64,000 nucleotides of DNA, from contig JAYWIR010000040.1 in NCBI GenBank assembly GCA_036172245.1, positions 1,674,001 to 1,738,000 of the forward strand, read 5' to 3'. The notes under the pieces were generated by a model, which worked only from the letters and a program-made list of their open reading frames with translations, was not told where the DNA came from and did no database searches. The position numbers and the translations under genes were made by a program. Below, one piece after another: positions 45,268 to 58,300 of the stretch. How positions within the stretch are numbered: the first letter of the stretch is position 1; each line of letters begins with the position of its first letter. This DNA comes from Raillietiella orientalis. Its lineage: Eukaryota.

Positions 45268-48260
45268 TGGTTTATTACCCCGTCACACCGGGACGTTTAT
45301 TATGAAAAATAATAAACACACAGGTGTAGGGCCACCGGCCCTACATTGCCGAGTAACCGGCCCGTAGGCCGATAAGGTTCGGCTCGGCAGCGGAAGGGGA
45401 AAGGGCAAACAAAAATAAAAATAAAATGAAAATCAGTAATGAAAAAAAACCCTTGTGGGCACGGGAAGGGATCACCGGGAGCTCGAGGGTGTCCTCTGCA
45501 TCCTTGTAAGGATGCCGGCAAGTTCCTTCCGAGTGTGCTCCCGGCAGGGCCATCTTGCCGCCGTCCTTACGAAGCGCAGGGCGAAGCAGATGGCGTCCCT
45601 ATCGTGCCTTCCTCCTCTCGCATGGCTCCAGGTCGCCTCAGTCCCGCTTAGGCAGCAGCAAAGAGCTGCTGGGGATACGGCAGGCGAAAGGGCATCGCTC
45701 ACGAAGAGGCACTTTATCACGTCCCTGGGATTGTCGGTCGGTGCGTTAAGGGCCGTTCCGTAACGCAACCACAGGGACCGGAGGGCAACACAGTCTACAA
45801 GCAGGTGCTGAAGGGATTTCCGTTCCCCGCATCTGCAACAGTTGGGGTCTGCAGTCCCCCGGGTCCAGTGAGACCGGCGGGCGTTGCACGGGAGGTCCCA
45901 GTGCAACAGCAAAAGTGCCGACTCTTACCACTTCAAAGGGACCCGGCTGTTCTTCAGCTCTGGGGGCCACTCGAGGGTTCTTCCTGTGATATCGCCAGCA
46001 GCTCGTCCCAGAACAATAGTCCTTTTGGTGAAGCACTTGAGGTCTCAGTGTCTGTGAACTTTCCCGTGGTACAACCACCTAATTCCTTCATCCGAAGACC
46101 TATTTCGCAAATGATGTCCCAGGTTGCTGCCCGGCTGGTTACTTCCCAGGTGCTCCCTGATGGACGCAGTGCCGCAGCTAGGGAGGTTCTTTGCGCCCAC
46201 GCACACGTGGTGGGCTGCACAATGACGTCCTGGACTGAGCGGTTGTTGTAGGAGTGTAGCAGTCGCTGCCGCATCTCCGGGCTCTCTTCGTCCTTCTTGG
46301 TCCATGTGCGAACGGTTTCCTGCAGTCAGGCACTACCGTTTGAGGGCCGGAAGAAGACCCAGTTGTTGGTCAGCTTGGTCATTCAACGAAGCTCCAGTCC
46401 TTACTGGACGCGTTGCATCTGCTCTGCCGCGCCAGGAACGAAGACAGTCCCGCGTAGCCGGTGGCTCGCTTGACCAGGTTTCGCGCGGGCTCGCACCAGT
46501 TCATGATCCAAAGCTTCGCCACTGGGGCAAGCGTCCCCCACTGGATCTGCCGCTCCAGACTCTCCAGAGTCAGGAAACCGAGGTCTCCGTCGTGATGCGG
46601 AGCGCACAAGCCCTTCGGGCGGACTCGGGACCTCTCCGTGCCCCACAGGGCGATTCTCACGTTCTTCGTCCGCTTCTTTATACTTCTCGGTGGGAGCAAA
46701 CAAAAAGCAGGGGCGGACGACGGGATCCACGAACGTGTTCCACACCGCGGACCGTTCCGGCAAGAGAAACTTGCCATCCTGGAGCGGGCCGATCTCCGAC
46801 TCTGCCTTCTGGAGGTATCTGGACCACACCTCCCACGGAGAATAGTCCCCCAACGGTACACCGAGGTACTTGAAGAGCCATGGAGATTCCCAAGGAGATG
46901 GTGTTTCCCACGAAGAACTCGCGGTTCCTCCTCTGTGAGTGGACACTACGGTGCTACCTCTGTGGTGGAAACGGGACGTTTTGCTGTTCCTACAGTAGGG
47001 ATTCCGGTGCACCTGGAGCAGGCATCTGGATTCCAGGGAAGGATTTGCCTCCCCGAACGGGAGATGCCATCGTTTCCGCACCTCCTGTTGAACTTGGTGC
47101 TCTGGAGGAACTTGTGGCGGAGACTCACCTCGGCTCTCCGCCGCCCGCAGGCCGCCGCTTCGGACTCTCTGCGGCGGTCCTTCGCTCAAGGCGGGCTGAC
47201 GGTGGACGCTATGATTGCAACAAGATGTTGCCTCCTCACCATGATGGCTGTCTGTTGTGTGTCGGAGTCTCGTTTGCAGCAAAGATTGGCCAACAGTATG
47301 GCATCTGCCTTGATGAGACAGCTGTGAGGTGGCCTCTCCTGCCAGAATTCACCTCAGAGGTCGCTACCACACGCAGCCTCTTCTAGAAACGAAGAAACGT
47401 TAAAACCAAAGTTCCTTCTCTCCGTTTTCTACTTTTTTAGAAGCCGGCACACAGGCCGATGCTCATCCTTGATGGACTTTTTCTTTTTTCTGGCATCTTT
47501 TGTATTAAGGGGACGCTGCTCCCCTTGTTTGTGGTTTCTTTTCAAATGAACATCTCGGCACGACCGGGTACGAGCCCTTTTCTGACGCAATCACGGAAGG
47601 GCTGGAAGGAGGGTGATGGGACGCCCACCTCGAAGCATTTTTGCTTGAAGGACCACTCCGGACCGACGCTGTGCGCTTCTCTACCCTCTGGGATGCTCAG
47701 GAGGAACCTCTCCCGGTCTCCGGCGCTGGGCTCTCCGGTTCGTCTCCTGGAACTCCCGCAGGACGAGAGGGACTCTTCAGACCATGGAAACTCGAAGTGC
47801 GGGAAGAAAGAATAGAACTGTGGGAAGACGCTTTCTCGGGAGCACCACCGAAAGGTGTTGGGGCGCGGTGAGACTCCCAGGTGTCTCCCGAGTTCATCGA
47901 TCACAGTCGACAGCTCCACGGTGATGCGAGAACATCCGTTCGCGGTGGTCTTTCCGGCAGAGTCACGGGTCAATAGCTGAGCACGAGAAGATAGGTCGCC
48001 CTATGTTTTCCTGCCGGCAGATCAGGTCAATTCTTTACTGTGGCACGATAGATGGAAGAGGTGGTGAGGAGGAAGGGAGGGGGACGACGAATCGCAGTGA
48101 TATGGATGAGGATGGATATTGCTGATGAGTAGGTCGCTCTCAGGCTTCCAGACGGAAAGATGGCTAATTGAGCCTGTAACAAAATTCCGGCTGGCCCTGA
48201 CGTGCACGTGGTTTCTGGGGGCTGGGTGGGGAGGGCTAAGGACTAAATGATGCAATAGCT
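45268..48260 (-). mobile_element. L1/Tx1-like non-LTR retrotransposon relic: APE remnant, linker, thumb, zf-RVT and 3' motif; RT core apparently deleted
   Basis: APE-like LLISNIHP, DTWESHRAPTPF and DEHRPV...FNVSSFL; thumb FKYLGVPLG...WSRYLQKAE...ERSAVWNTFVDP; LWGTERSRV...LCAPHHDGDLGFLTL; zf-RVT LHWDLPCNARR...PNCCRCGERKSLQHLLVDC. Closely homologous to 25130-25900. Confidence 0.85.
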
Positions 48261-50419
48261 GAATGTCTCCGAGGTTTCCCTTTGGATAGCTTGTGTTAGT
48301 CGAGGAGGGAAGGGGAAAAAAAGAAATCCGGTGGAGAAGGGCTCCTTCAGGGAAGTTCTGGCGAGAAAGTGAACTCTCCTGATGCTCAGATTTTAGATGA
48401 ACTGGAAGTCCAGCTTGAACGCTAAAGCTTGGAACCTTAGGCGCAAGAGCGCCGCCAGCGGGCTCATTTCGGTAAGCAGAACTGACGCTGAGTCTCAGCG
48501 CTCGGTCACATCAGATTCTCCGACAGCGGTCAGTTGCTGTGACCAACAGAATGGCATTCACCAAGAGGAAAGTCGGACCTCGCTAAGGGCTGCCTTCAGG
48601 GTCGATAGAGCAGCCAGCCCTGAAGGTGAATGGCGCTCGAGCATTGCGAGACATCATCTAGGCTCCAGGAGAGGCAGGCGGTTTTCAGTCTTTTCGCGTG
48701 CTCGTCGGAAAGCGGAAGGCTCCTCGGCGACGGGAAGGAAGAGGTCCTCGAGGGTGAACCTGGAAGAGTTCGGGGGTGACCTCGCCGAAGCCGGAGAAGA
48801 TTCTAAAGGCCAGAACCAAACACCCGAGTGGGATCCCGGGGGGTATCCCGTGAGGGACAGCGAACAGCCTTGGAACGTGTTCAGCCAATCCCGACTTTCC
48901 TGGGGGGAAGGAATTTGGGGCGGCTCGTGCACCCTCGCAGCCTTCCACCCATCTGGGAAAGCTCGACACTGGGTGACTGTATGGTTCGGCAGCACCTTTT
49001 CCAGCATCCTTTTCTTTACTTAGGGTTCCCTCCAGCGATTCCTCATCATGCGTAGGTTCCCTCAGCTCGTGCCTTTGTAGGCAGACTGTCTTCCCCCCGA
49101 GGGACACTCCCGCTCCGCCCCTTTCCAGGGAACCTCGGCATCTGGGCGGGTTTCCAGGAAATTCCGCTTCCCGATATCCCGCACCAACACATCATCAGTT
49201 TTGTTGGAACGAAGGAGTTCCGGTCGCTCCATAGAGGTCGATAGCTGGAAATCCAGCTGCCAGCGTCCGGAAGCAGCGAAGTTCGACTTGGAGAATGGAA
49301 TGCTCTTGTTGAATGTGAAGGAGACGGGACGGGGTGGTAGATGGTGGTTGGGCGCGAGGGTAGAAGTCCCTGCTGAGCTCTTCGTCTCTCCCTCTGGGAC
49401 TTCTGCATGCCCAGCGGAATCACCTCGTGGACGGGAGCTCTACTCGAGGTCGTAGGAGCTCTTGCTCCGAGAAGGACTGCTCCTGCCCATTAGACAGCCT
49501 CGTGGAAACCTCCAGCATCTGCATCGAGTACCCCCGTAGCTGGAAGGCTTTGAGGCTCAGAGTAGCCCGGAGCGAAGAAACTTGCTCACCATGGAAGACC
49601 AGCTGACCCGCGCCAAAGGACCGCTCCTAAGGACAGAATGTCCACATATTCCGCAGTCGGAGGTTTTCGACCCCTCCTCTCCACCTGGACAGTTCTGCTC
49701 TCCCTCCAAGGCAGCAGTAGCACAAAGAGGCTTTGCTGTTTGTGCACTGGGGTCTCCTGTACGACCAGCAGAGGCAGCGCCGGACGAGGGAAAGCGGCGT
49801 TTTTTCCCGAACTGCTTCAGCAGTTCAGGAAGATGGAAACTTTCACGCACCTGCCTCCGGAACGCAATGACTTCTGGTGAGTGCAACAAACGCCTCGCGG
49901 TTGCTCAGCTTCGACCCGAGGGTACCCCCAGGGAAGCTGCTGCAGTGCTGCTTAGTGTGGAACGGACTTCCGCCTGCTTCCCCGATCGTCCGATCTAGTG
50001 TTGTATCAGGGAGGATTCCAATGTTCCGGAACACCGAGGAGGCGCGCCAGCAAGGAGGAAGGACCTTGCAGAAAATGAGGAATACAGCAAAGTGGTCCCT
50101 GTCGAATGACGGAGCATACTCCTTGCACGCAGGCTTCAGAGCACGCGGCGGGTATGATCAATGACCCTTGCCTCTTCTTCCCTTTGTTCACTCGCTTACT
50201 GTCCCTCCTTCCTGCCCTTCCGTGTGGCCGGCCTGCAAGTGAGTGGTTTGTTTTCTTTCCCTTTTTCTCTGTCTCCCCAAATTTTGATCGACCAGTGGAT
50301 CATTCACCAATTTACATGGTCCGCTTGTTGGTTTTTCTCTGTTTGGACACGAAGCCCCGCGGCGTACTCGAGTGAAAGTAGAGGCACTGGAGTTCAAGGA
50401 ACATTGCCGATAGACTAGA

Positions 50420-52620
50420 AATGTGGCAACTTCCCAACTAGCGTTGCTTCTTCCTCCAAGAGGGGTCCAGCGCTCGTCTTCCACTTGGCTTTTGAGAGCT
50501 GCTTTCCGTGATCACGGCGACAAGACGGCGACGTCACTGAGAGAGAAAGGACCCACATTGTTGCTGAAAGCACTGATCCGATGTTCCGTCCCTCCAAGCA
50601 CGGAATTCAAAGTGATGGGTGTCAACCTCCCGATACCTGATCGGGAGAAGTATGATTGTCGATGTCGCGTGATCTCTGTGGGTCATTTCGACGAAGGAGG
50701 GTGAACCTATTTTTCTTCTAGAGCCACGCCCTCTGGCGAAGAGGCTTCTTCATCCCTCTACCATTTCTTGCAAGTAGGAGGAAGAAGGTGAACCATCTTC
50801 TGCAGCAAGTCTGATGAGAATCCGTCTCAGTATCCGTCTTTTCAGGTTGCAATGATCCGTCGATCTTTGATAGAGAGGCGCCCTCAAGATCGTTTGTGGT
50901 CTCAGGACAGAGCAAACTGGAAATCAGAGTTGCTGTTTTTGCGCACGTTTACCAGTCCCTTGTCGCGTCGCATCGATATTCCCAAGTATCGCCACATTGA
51001 AGACCTCAAGGCCCGAAGCAAGTCGCTCAAGACTCGCGCGCAAGGCGGAACAAGAAGCGAGCGTTTGTCACTTGGCGCGGTGAGCGATGTCACGTGGCGT
51101 CATGACTTCTTCCAGTTCCACCTCTCTCCTTCTCGGAAGAACGGGAAGAAACTAGCCGAGCAGAAGATGGTTGGGTTAAGGGAACGGCGGTGGGGACTAC
51201 GATCTCGCCCTGCAAAGGCAAGAGACCAGGGTAAGCTGGAGGATCATCTCTGCCATCTTCACGATACGGAGAGTGCAAGACTGTGACGACAGTTCTGTCG
51301 AATTCTTTGCTTCCCAAGTGGAAGAAGGCGACTTGGCCGTCGCAGTCGACGGCAGACTTCAACTCCACGGAATGTTGCGAGCTTTGCTCTGGAACGCGAA
51401 GATGGCAGCACAGGAACTGGTTCAAAGACGAAGCAAGAGGAGCTGCTTTTCTATCCGATCGCTCTGGGTTTCGATCTACGGCGCCGGGGAACTGCAAATA
51501 TTCCGTTGGTTACCGAGACAGCGTGGCGGGATCGTCTTCGGGCGAGCAAGGTCGGAGAATCATGGGGAGAGGGGGGAGACTTTAGCAACCATCGCTGAAA
51601 ACGATTGGGCTTCACGTTCAGCACAACGGAGGATGCAAGATCTGCAGGAGGATGAGTCCAGCTCCATCTCAATGGAGTTGTATATCCGAGAGTTAAGGAG
51701 GAGCCTAAGGACGGAGACGGACGGCCTAAGACTTCTTGCTTGGGAGGTGCGGATCGTTCAAGGCCGTTCTTTCGAATGGTCCTCCTGCGGTAGGAGTCGT
51801 CTAGGAGAACTCCAGTAGTGGAGTCCAAAGTCGCTTTGCATGACCAGGCCTGTGCCTTGGGGTGGAAAGAGCGTGGAAGTGGCGACGCATTCTTCCCTCT
51901 TGGGAGTCCGCGACCTTCCCTTGCCTTTCTTTCCCGATGAGGAGGGGTAACGCTTTCTGCCCCTCTCAGACAGCCAGCCCAGGGTCTCCGCTCTTGCGCT
52001 GTCTCGCATGCCCACTACCTGACGAGTCATGTAAGGTCCTTTCGGCTTGTGATCTTCTCTTGCGGGCTCTAGTTTTCGAGAGAGGAGCTCTTCTTACTCA
52101 TGTGCCTCTGCTCATGGAGCTCTTGTCCACAGGACGCCCTTCGGCTGCGCTCGAACCTGCGATCCCAGAAGAGCATAGAGATGTCCCGGAAGATACTCTC
52201 CCGATGAGGTGGAATGTTCCGAAGCTGCGTCGCGCCCTCTTCCGCTGGAGGAGCCCGGAAGAACGGGGAGGGTTCTGCAGGGTGCTGCGCAGTCCAGAGC
52301 GGATCAGCAGCTAGGAAGCATGGAAGAAGAGATGTGGATGTGGATGAGAATGGGGACGAGGAAGGCAAAGAGGCGACAAGAATGAAGTGATGAAGAGGAT
52401 GAGGAAGAGAAACAAGACGAGGGGGATGTGAATGGAAAGGATGTAGATGACAAGAATAAGCAGGAGGATGAAGAGGAAGGACTTGGATTATGATGGTGAC
52501 TTGGATTATGATGACCACGGGGACGAAGACGGAAAAACAGATGAGGACGATAGGTAGGCGGAAGACAGCGCTGACGATAAAGAGGGGAAGAGAGGAGGAG
52601 GAGAAAGAGAGAAAGGAACT
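50420..52620 (+). pseudogene. Unidentified, frameshifted coding relic ending in an Asp/Glu-rich tract
   Basis: Successive plus-strand segments have globular-protein-like composition (e.g. WKSELLFLRTFTSPLSRRIDIPKYRHIEDL; MELYIRELRRSL; CDLLLRALVFERGALLTHVPLLMELL). They are followed by a GAN-codon tract at 52320-52600 (SDEEDEEEKQDEGD; DLDYDGDLDYDD) broken by frameshifts and stops. No family recognised. Confidence 0.4.
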
Positions 52621-55600
52621 CCTCCGGCACCCTTCCTGAGGCGTCAAGGCACTGCTTCTCCGACCCCTGGAAACAGCGAGGGTGTTTGAGTCTGTTTGGC
52701 CGCTTCGCAGCCTCCCGGGCTGCGGGAGAAGAAGCGGGAAGAGAGTTTCCCGTTTCACGGAGACGGCAGTTTTGCTGCCGCTCCAAGGGACTACAGGACG
52801 GAGGGCAACTGGTCACAATCGCAAGCGGTGGCGAAGGTAAAGGCGAGGGTAGGAGGAAATGAGGACTTTTTGGAGAACGGCCAGGGTCTGTCTCTCCTTC
52901 CCGGAGCGTCGGCGACTGTGCATCGGACACGCTGGGAAGGAGAGGGGGAGCGGACCTCGACGGAGCCTTCGATTTCCCCGGGAGGCAGCAGAAGAGATCT
53001 TCAAATTTTTTTCTTTTGCTTCTCGAAGAAGCCAAATCCGGAAACTTAGAAGCCGCGGGCTCTCCTGACCGCAAGCGGGTGCAGGTGCCGACCTCCAGGT
53101 GGCAGACGGGGGCAGCTGAGGATTTCCTCCGCGGGTTCTTGAAGAGGCGCAACGGCAGAAACTTTGGATGGGGGAGGACCGCGAAAGCGCGCCCTCCGCC
53201 CAGCGTGAGGAGTAGGAGAGAGCCCTCCCTCCTTCCCTCCCACGTTTGGCGTTCCCGCTCTCAGGAGCGCGGGAGCGATTCTAAAATTAGCCAACGACGC
53301 AGGTGCAGCAGGATTGCCATGGATACGAGGCTCCCGTGGACCGACTCCGAGCCTCTCCCTCTTGGACAAACACTCCATTTCCTAATTAGCGAGAGGCGGA
53401 AGGGAAGAGGGGGTAGAATGAAGGGATGCACAGAGGCAGCTGCATCCATGGACTCACCTCGGTCCAGAGTCCGCGTCGGCCTCAGTGAAGAGGGGTCCCA
53501 GTGTGCCACCCCGGCAGCTTCCCGATCCCCTTTCTCTCTCCCTCAAAGCGGGAGAGCAAGCAAACAGATTTTCTGGACCTATCCACAGTGGGGAAGTTCC
53601 GACTGCTGATGGGCGGAGAGCGAGATCCCTTTCCACTCGTTACTCTCCCATCCCTTGCTCCTTCGGTCATCAACCCACCTAATGGAGGTGGTCCGCCTAC
53701 CCCACCCCACGCGGTGGCGCACGAACGCCTTCCGTAGCCACCGCGAAGATGCGGGCCAGGGGCAGCACCCTCCTCCTCTTTGCCCGCTCACCCTCCGAGG
53801 GTCCCGCTCAGACCGCGCTCCTCCGGCCTTCTCCCAGCCGATGTTCCCAACTTCCACTGATGCCCTCGGGAAGGACAGATCAGGATGGGAAGCGGAAGCT
53901 CCGCCGGAGATGGTTGTGAATGCTAGCAGCGCCCTTCCCCTCTTTCCAGCCCCCTCAGAGAGAGCCCCTCGAAGCCGTCCGAGGGCAGCTGGCCCGTCCG
54001 CTGGGCGCGACGCCCGTCCGGGAGCTGGGATCCATTGCGCTCTCAGCGCGTCGTGGGCTCCGGGCTCCGGGTGCGCACATCGGGTCGAGCCGCGTAGCAG
54101 TCGCACCTGGTACATAAACAGAATCGCATTACATTACATTGCGTTACATTGGATTGCGGTCGTGTCGATCAAACCGGGTAGTCGCGATGACGGTGAGCCG
54201 GCGTTCATCGCGACCCGCGGACGAACGCGGCCTCCCCTCGTCCAGAGCTCCCACTCCACTGTCGGCTGGCGTTGCGCCAGTGCCAGAGGACCGAGGTCAA
54301 ATTCGGACCCCGTGTGGAAGAAAAGGGAAGAAAGCAGGAACTCCGTGGAGCCGAATGACGTCACGGAGGCTCAAGGGCTCGGTGCCGCATCCGCCTCTCT
54401 CTCGTCCCAGGCCATTCCTCCATCGCCGCAGCCCTTCCGAGAGACGTCAACGTCGGACGACGCCGGCATCGGCGTGAGACGCGCGCGCGCCGGCGCGCGA
54501 GTTCGGCCTTTCCCGCTCCCGCGCGCGCGCGCGCGCTCCCCACGAAGGGAAGGGAAGCTTGCGCAGGAGCAGTGCGAGGGAGAGCGCGCGCGTCCCTCTC
54601 AGAGGACGCGAGCGAATGAGGGGACTCGCAGAAGAGAAGCCGCTGCGGAGGCCGTCGCCGGCTCCCCGTCTCCGTGGAGCAGCGCGCGCGCGCCCGTGTG
54701 GTTTCGTCCGCTCGCCGCCGCTCCCGCAGATCACCCCTTCCTCCTTCTCCCCTCCTCCCGATGAGCTCCGTGCCACCGACTGCGTCTTGAGAGGGGGAGA
54801 CGCCTCCACCGATCCGGTAGAGAGAAGCAGCGAGACGAAGAGAGAAGAAGGCGGAGGGGAACGAGGCGGCGCCCGGATGGCTGCTGCTGCGGGGGCTGCT
54901 GCCGAGTGAGGCTGCCCGCAGCCGCTCCTGTCCCTTCCCCTCCCCTCCCCTACCCCACCCTCACCCTCCGACTCGCAAACGGCTGTCTGCCAAGGGATGC
55001 ACAACTCGAGGTCGCCCTCCTCCGCTCCACCCGTCCCGCGCGCCACGCCTCCCAACGGCACGCTGAGCTCGGGATCCGCTCCTGCCGCCTGACCGAGGGT
55101 TCCCCGGTCAAGGAGACCAACTGTTTCTGCTCCAGAGCACGGCTCTCTCCCCCGTCCCCGCCCCTCTTCCTGCTCCTCTCGAGCCACGAGAGATGGGACC
55201 TACCTGCTGTGGAACCGGTCCAGGCAGCAGCTTTCGGGAGACGAGGACCTGCCAGAGGCCGGCGGAGATCGTCAGCATGTTCGTCCTGAAGTCAGGTAAA
55301 GAAAGGAAACAGAATTGCTGCTGGGCTCCAAGAGGGGTCCCGCTGCCCGTTCTTTGAAGCCTTTTTTCTTTCTTTTTTTTTCTTCGTTTTTTCTTTCCTT
55401 CTTGCCCTTTGGCGGGCACTCCCTCGAGGAGCGCGAAGACCACCTCTAGCTTCCCTCGAGTAAGGGTCTGGGAGAGTTCCACCGGCGATAGCCCCCCTCC
55501 TTTCTCTTCCTTCCTCACGCTCGCTGACTGGGAGGAGGGAGAGGAGGAGGAGTAGGCAACAACATCACCCGAGGGTTCCAGGGTCTGCCATTCGAGCTCC

Positions 55601-57699
55601 CGGAGGGGGAGAAACAAATCGCCCCCCAGTGGCCTGCCAATCGGTCGTCCGCGCCTTCCTCCCCTGGATCGGCCGCGTTCCCGGGAGACGCAGAATGCCC
55701 TCGCACGCTACAGCAGAAGACAATGGAAGGGTAGGAGGGGGAGGGGGGCAAGTGCGCGCAAAGAGCCAAGTAGGGCAGCGGGTTGGCGGCGAGCCCCAGG
55801 TTGGCCACTGCCTCGAGCCAAGTAGGTGACCAGAGAAACCGCCCACACGTGCCGCGAAGCTCCCCACCAGCTCCTCTCTCGTCGCAGGCTGCCGCAGGCT
55901 TCCCAGTCTGCTGCTCATCCTTTCGCTGCTGACTGCCCCTCCCAGAGGTGGTCATCCGGAAGGGAAAAAGCAGGGGCCTCTCAGAGCCTCTGCAGCGCCG
56001 GAGTCCCCGGTCCGCTTTTTCCCCTGCTGAACCTTTTTGGTTGCTCCGGAGGGCGTGCTGTTTGATCAAAGTATCCTCCGGAGGTCTCCCGGAGGATCCT
56101 AGAACGGTGGCTGGGGGCTCGGTTTTCTTGGAACGTGAGTGCTTTCCTCGGGAGGTTCGGGCCGTGAAAACGGGAGACGATCGCTTTCTTGGTGATGCTG
56201 CCAGTAAATCTCTCGGTTGCTGGGGAACGCTGTCATCCTTTCGCTGTTGCTGCGCGGCAGCAGCCTCCCTAATGCGAAAATAAGACTATCAATGAAGAAT
56301 CTACGCTGTTAAGACGCAGTATTGTCATCACGAATTGGCATCATTGTTGCCAAACCATTGTTGCGAGGCAAGGATGTTCGGAACAAGACGAAAACAAAAG
56401 CGTCGATTGTTAAAAAACATTGTTGAAAAAAATCTCACCATTGTTGCGAGCGATTCCTTGGAGGTCGCTGCTGCCAAGTGGGAATCCCGAGACCGAGATG
56501 GAGCACCCCGGGGGAGCGAAATTGATCCCCGCAACCTCCTCCCCCCAGTCTTTTTAGGCTCCACATGGCGTTCGGTTGCAGTTGTGCAGGTAAGGATTTC
56601 AGGGCGTTCTGGGATCCTCCCCAATCGACGGGGAGTCGTGCTCGCGTGTCGGAGGTGCGCTCGATATACCGTGTAGGGGGAAACGAAGGAGAACGCCGAG
56701 AAACAGGGAAATGAAATCCCCTACGAGGCGACGCCCACGCACTATGTGATTTTTCAAAAAAAGAAGAATGCATCTTTTTTTCTTTCCTTTTTCCTTCTTC
56801 CTTTTTTTTTTCTTTTGCGCACGCATCAATTTCTCGTTTCTCTCTCCCTCCCCCCTCCCGAAGACCTGTAGGTGGCTTCTCGTAGATCGCGCATGCGCCA
56901 GATCGACATCTCGAGCAGCGATACCGAGACGAGGCGAGTACCGAGGCGGCTTCGACTGGCGGCGGTCTTTGAGGCTGAGTAGATAACGAGGCCAACGGAC
57001 GACCCTCGTTTGGACCCTGCACCCACCCCCGAAGAAGCCTTCTCTCCCCGGTTTTGCGGTCGTCCAAGATTGCGATCTCCTAGGCGAGCGGGTCCAGCGG
57101 GAGCGCACTGGACCCACTCCATTCCACGCGGCGCGAACTCAGGAGTGCCTCCATGGACGCCAAGCCTTGCGTGGCGTTGCCGACTGCCGCTGTCAAAGGG
57201 GGAGAAGGAGGGAGAAAGAGGATGTTCGGATGGCGGCGCATCCGTCCGGGTTGCTGAGCAACGGAAGGGAAACGAACCGGAAACAACCTGTTCCGAACCT
57301 TCCTGGCTTCGTTTGTGCTCCTGGAATCAGGGAGGTTATCGCGTCCTCCTTTCCCCGAGTCCGCGCTGCCGGAGACGGGAGGCGGCCTAGGATTTCCTTG
57401 CTCCCTTCTTTCCTGGAGGATGCATATGCCCGAAAAAAGTCGGATTAGATGGGGAGAGAAGCGGGTGAGGAGAAATCTTAGGGCGCCGCTTCCCTCTAGT
57501 TCCGATGTCGGTCGGCACGACCTCCGCAAGAGAGAATGGCCTTCCCCTCCAGCTACTACGGCATCCTCCGATTGGCGGCGGAGGGACGCAGCGGGGAACC
57601 AACACCCATGGAAGAATTTTATCTTCCACGGTGTTCCCTGGGGGCCACACTCGACTCTTTGGTGAGCCGCTCCCACCTGGAGCCGGGATTCCTTCCGCA

Positions 57700-58300
57700 A
57701 AGGAGGGATGACTCCCGCGGGATCCGGACACCTAGTCTTTGAGATCGATCGTCTCCCGGAGGGCGTCCAAAGGAGAGAAGGCGGAGAGGGGATGAATGGC
57801 AGCAGCTGAGTGGTACGCGGATCCCTCCTTCCCGCTTCTTTGCTGGACGGCTCCGGGGAGACTGGATGGAAAGGGAGGGACTTCGTGCCGCGTGGGTCGC
57901 GCGAGTTCGTGGCTGCCTCCCTTCCCGCCCACCCCTTTCGAAGGGTTGCTGAAATCAGCCAGGCTTCCCCCCACCGCGCGTCGAGCCGCCGGTTGGTGGG
58001 CCAAAACAAAGTGACGGGACGTCTGAAAGAATGAATCGGGACTCGCCAGCCCACGGAGTCTTGGTGCCGTGACCGGCACCCCCCTCCGGCTTTGGGACCT
58101 CCGCTGTAGACGAGGAACGCGACGGAGGTCCTCCGCTCTCTTACTCGCCAGACCGACCTGGAGCCCGCACGTTTTGGAACGGAACGCTGGGCTCCCTCTG
58201 GGTATCTTTTCCGGATGGACCCCTGCCCTTTGCCGCCTCCCCCTAATTCTTGGCCAGTGGTTGCCTGCAGACTACAGGGCTCGGTAGCACCCCTGCCTCT
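57700..58300 (-). mobile_element. APE endonuclease remnant of a non-LTR element, copy A
   Basis: EPCSLQATT (LQET-like), RERRTSVAFLV (GVAxLV-like) and AWLISA (ISAYAP-like) in the expected order; 57935-58180 is homologous to 61580-61820. Confidence 0.55.

Noticed and set aside
54906..55289. Protein-like plus-strand ORF (LTLRLANGCLPRDAQLEVALL...)
   Set aside because: No recognisable motif, splice context or second copy, so the evidence is too weak to call.
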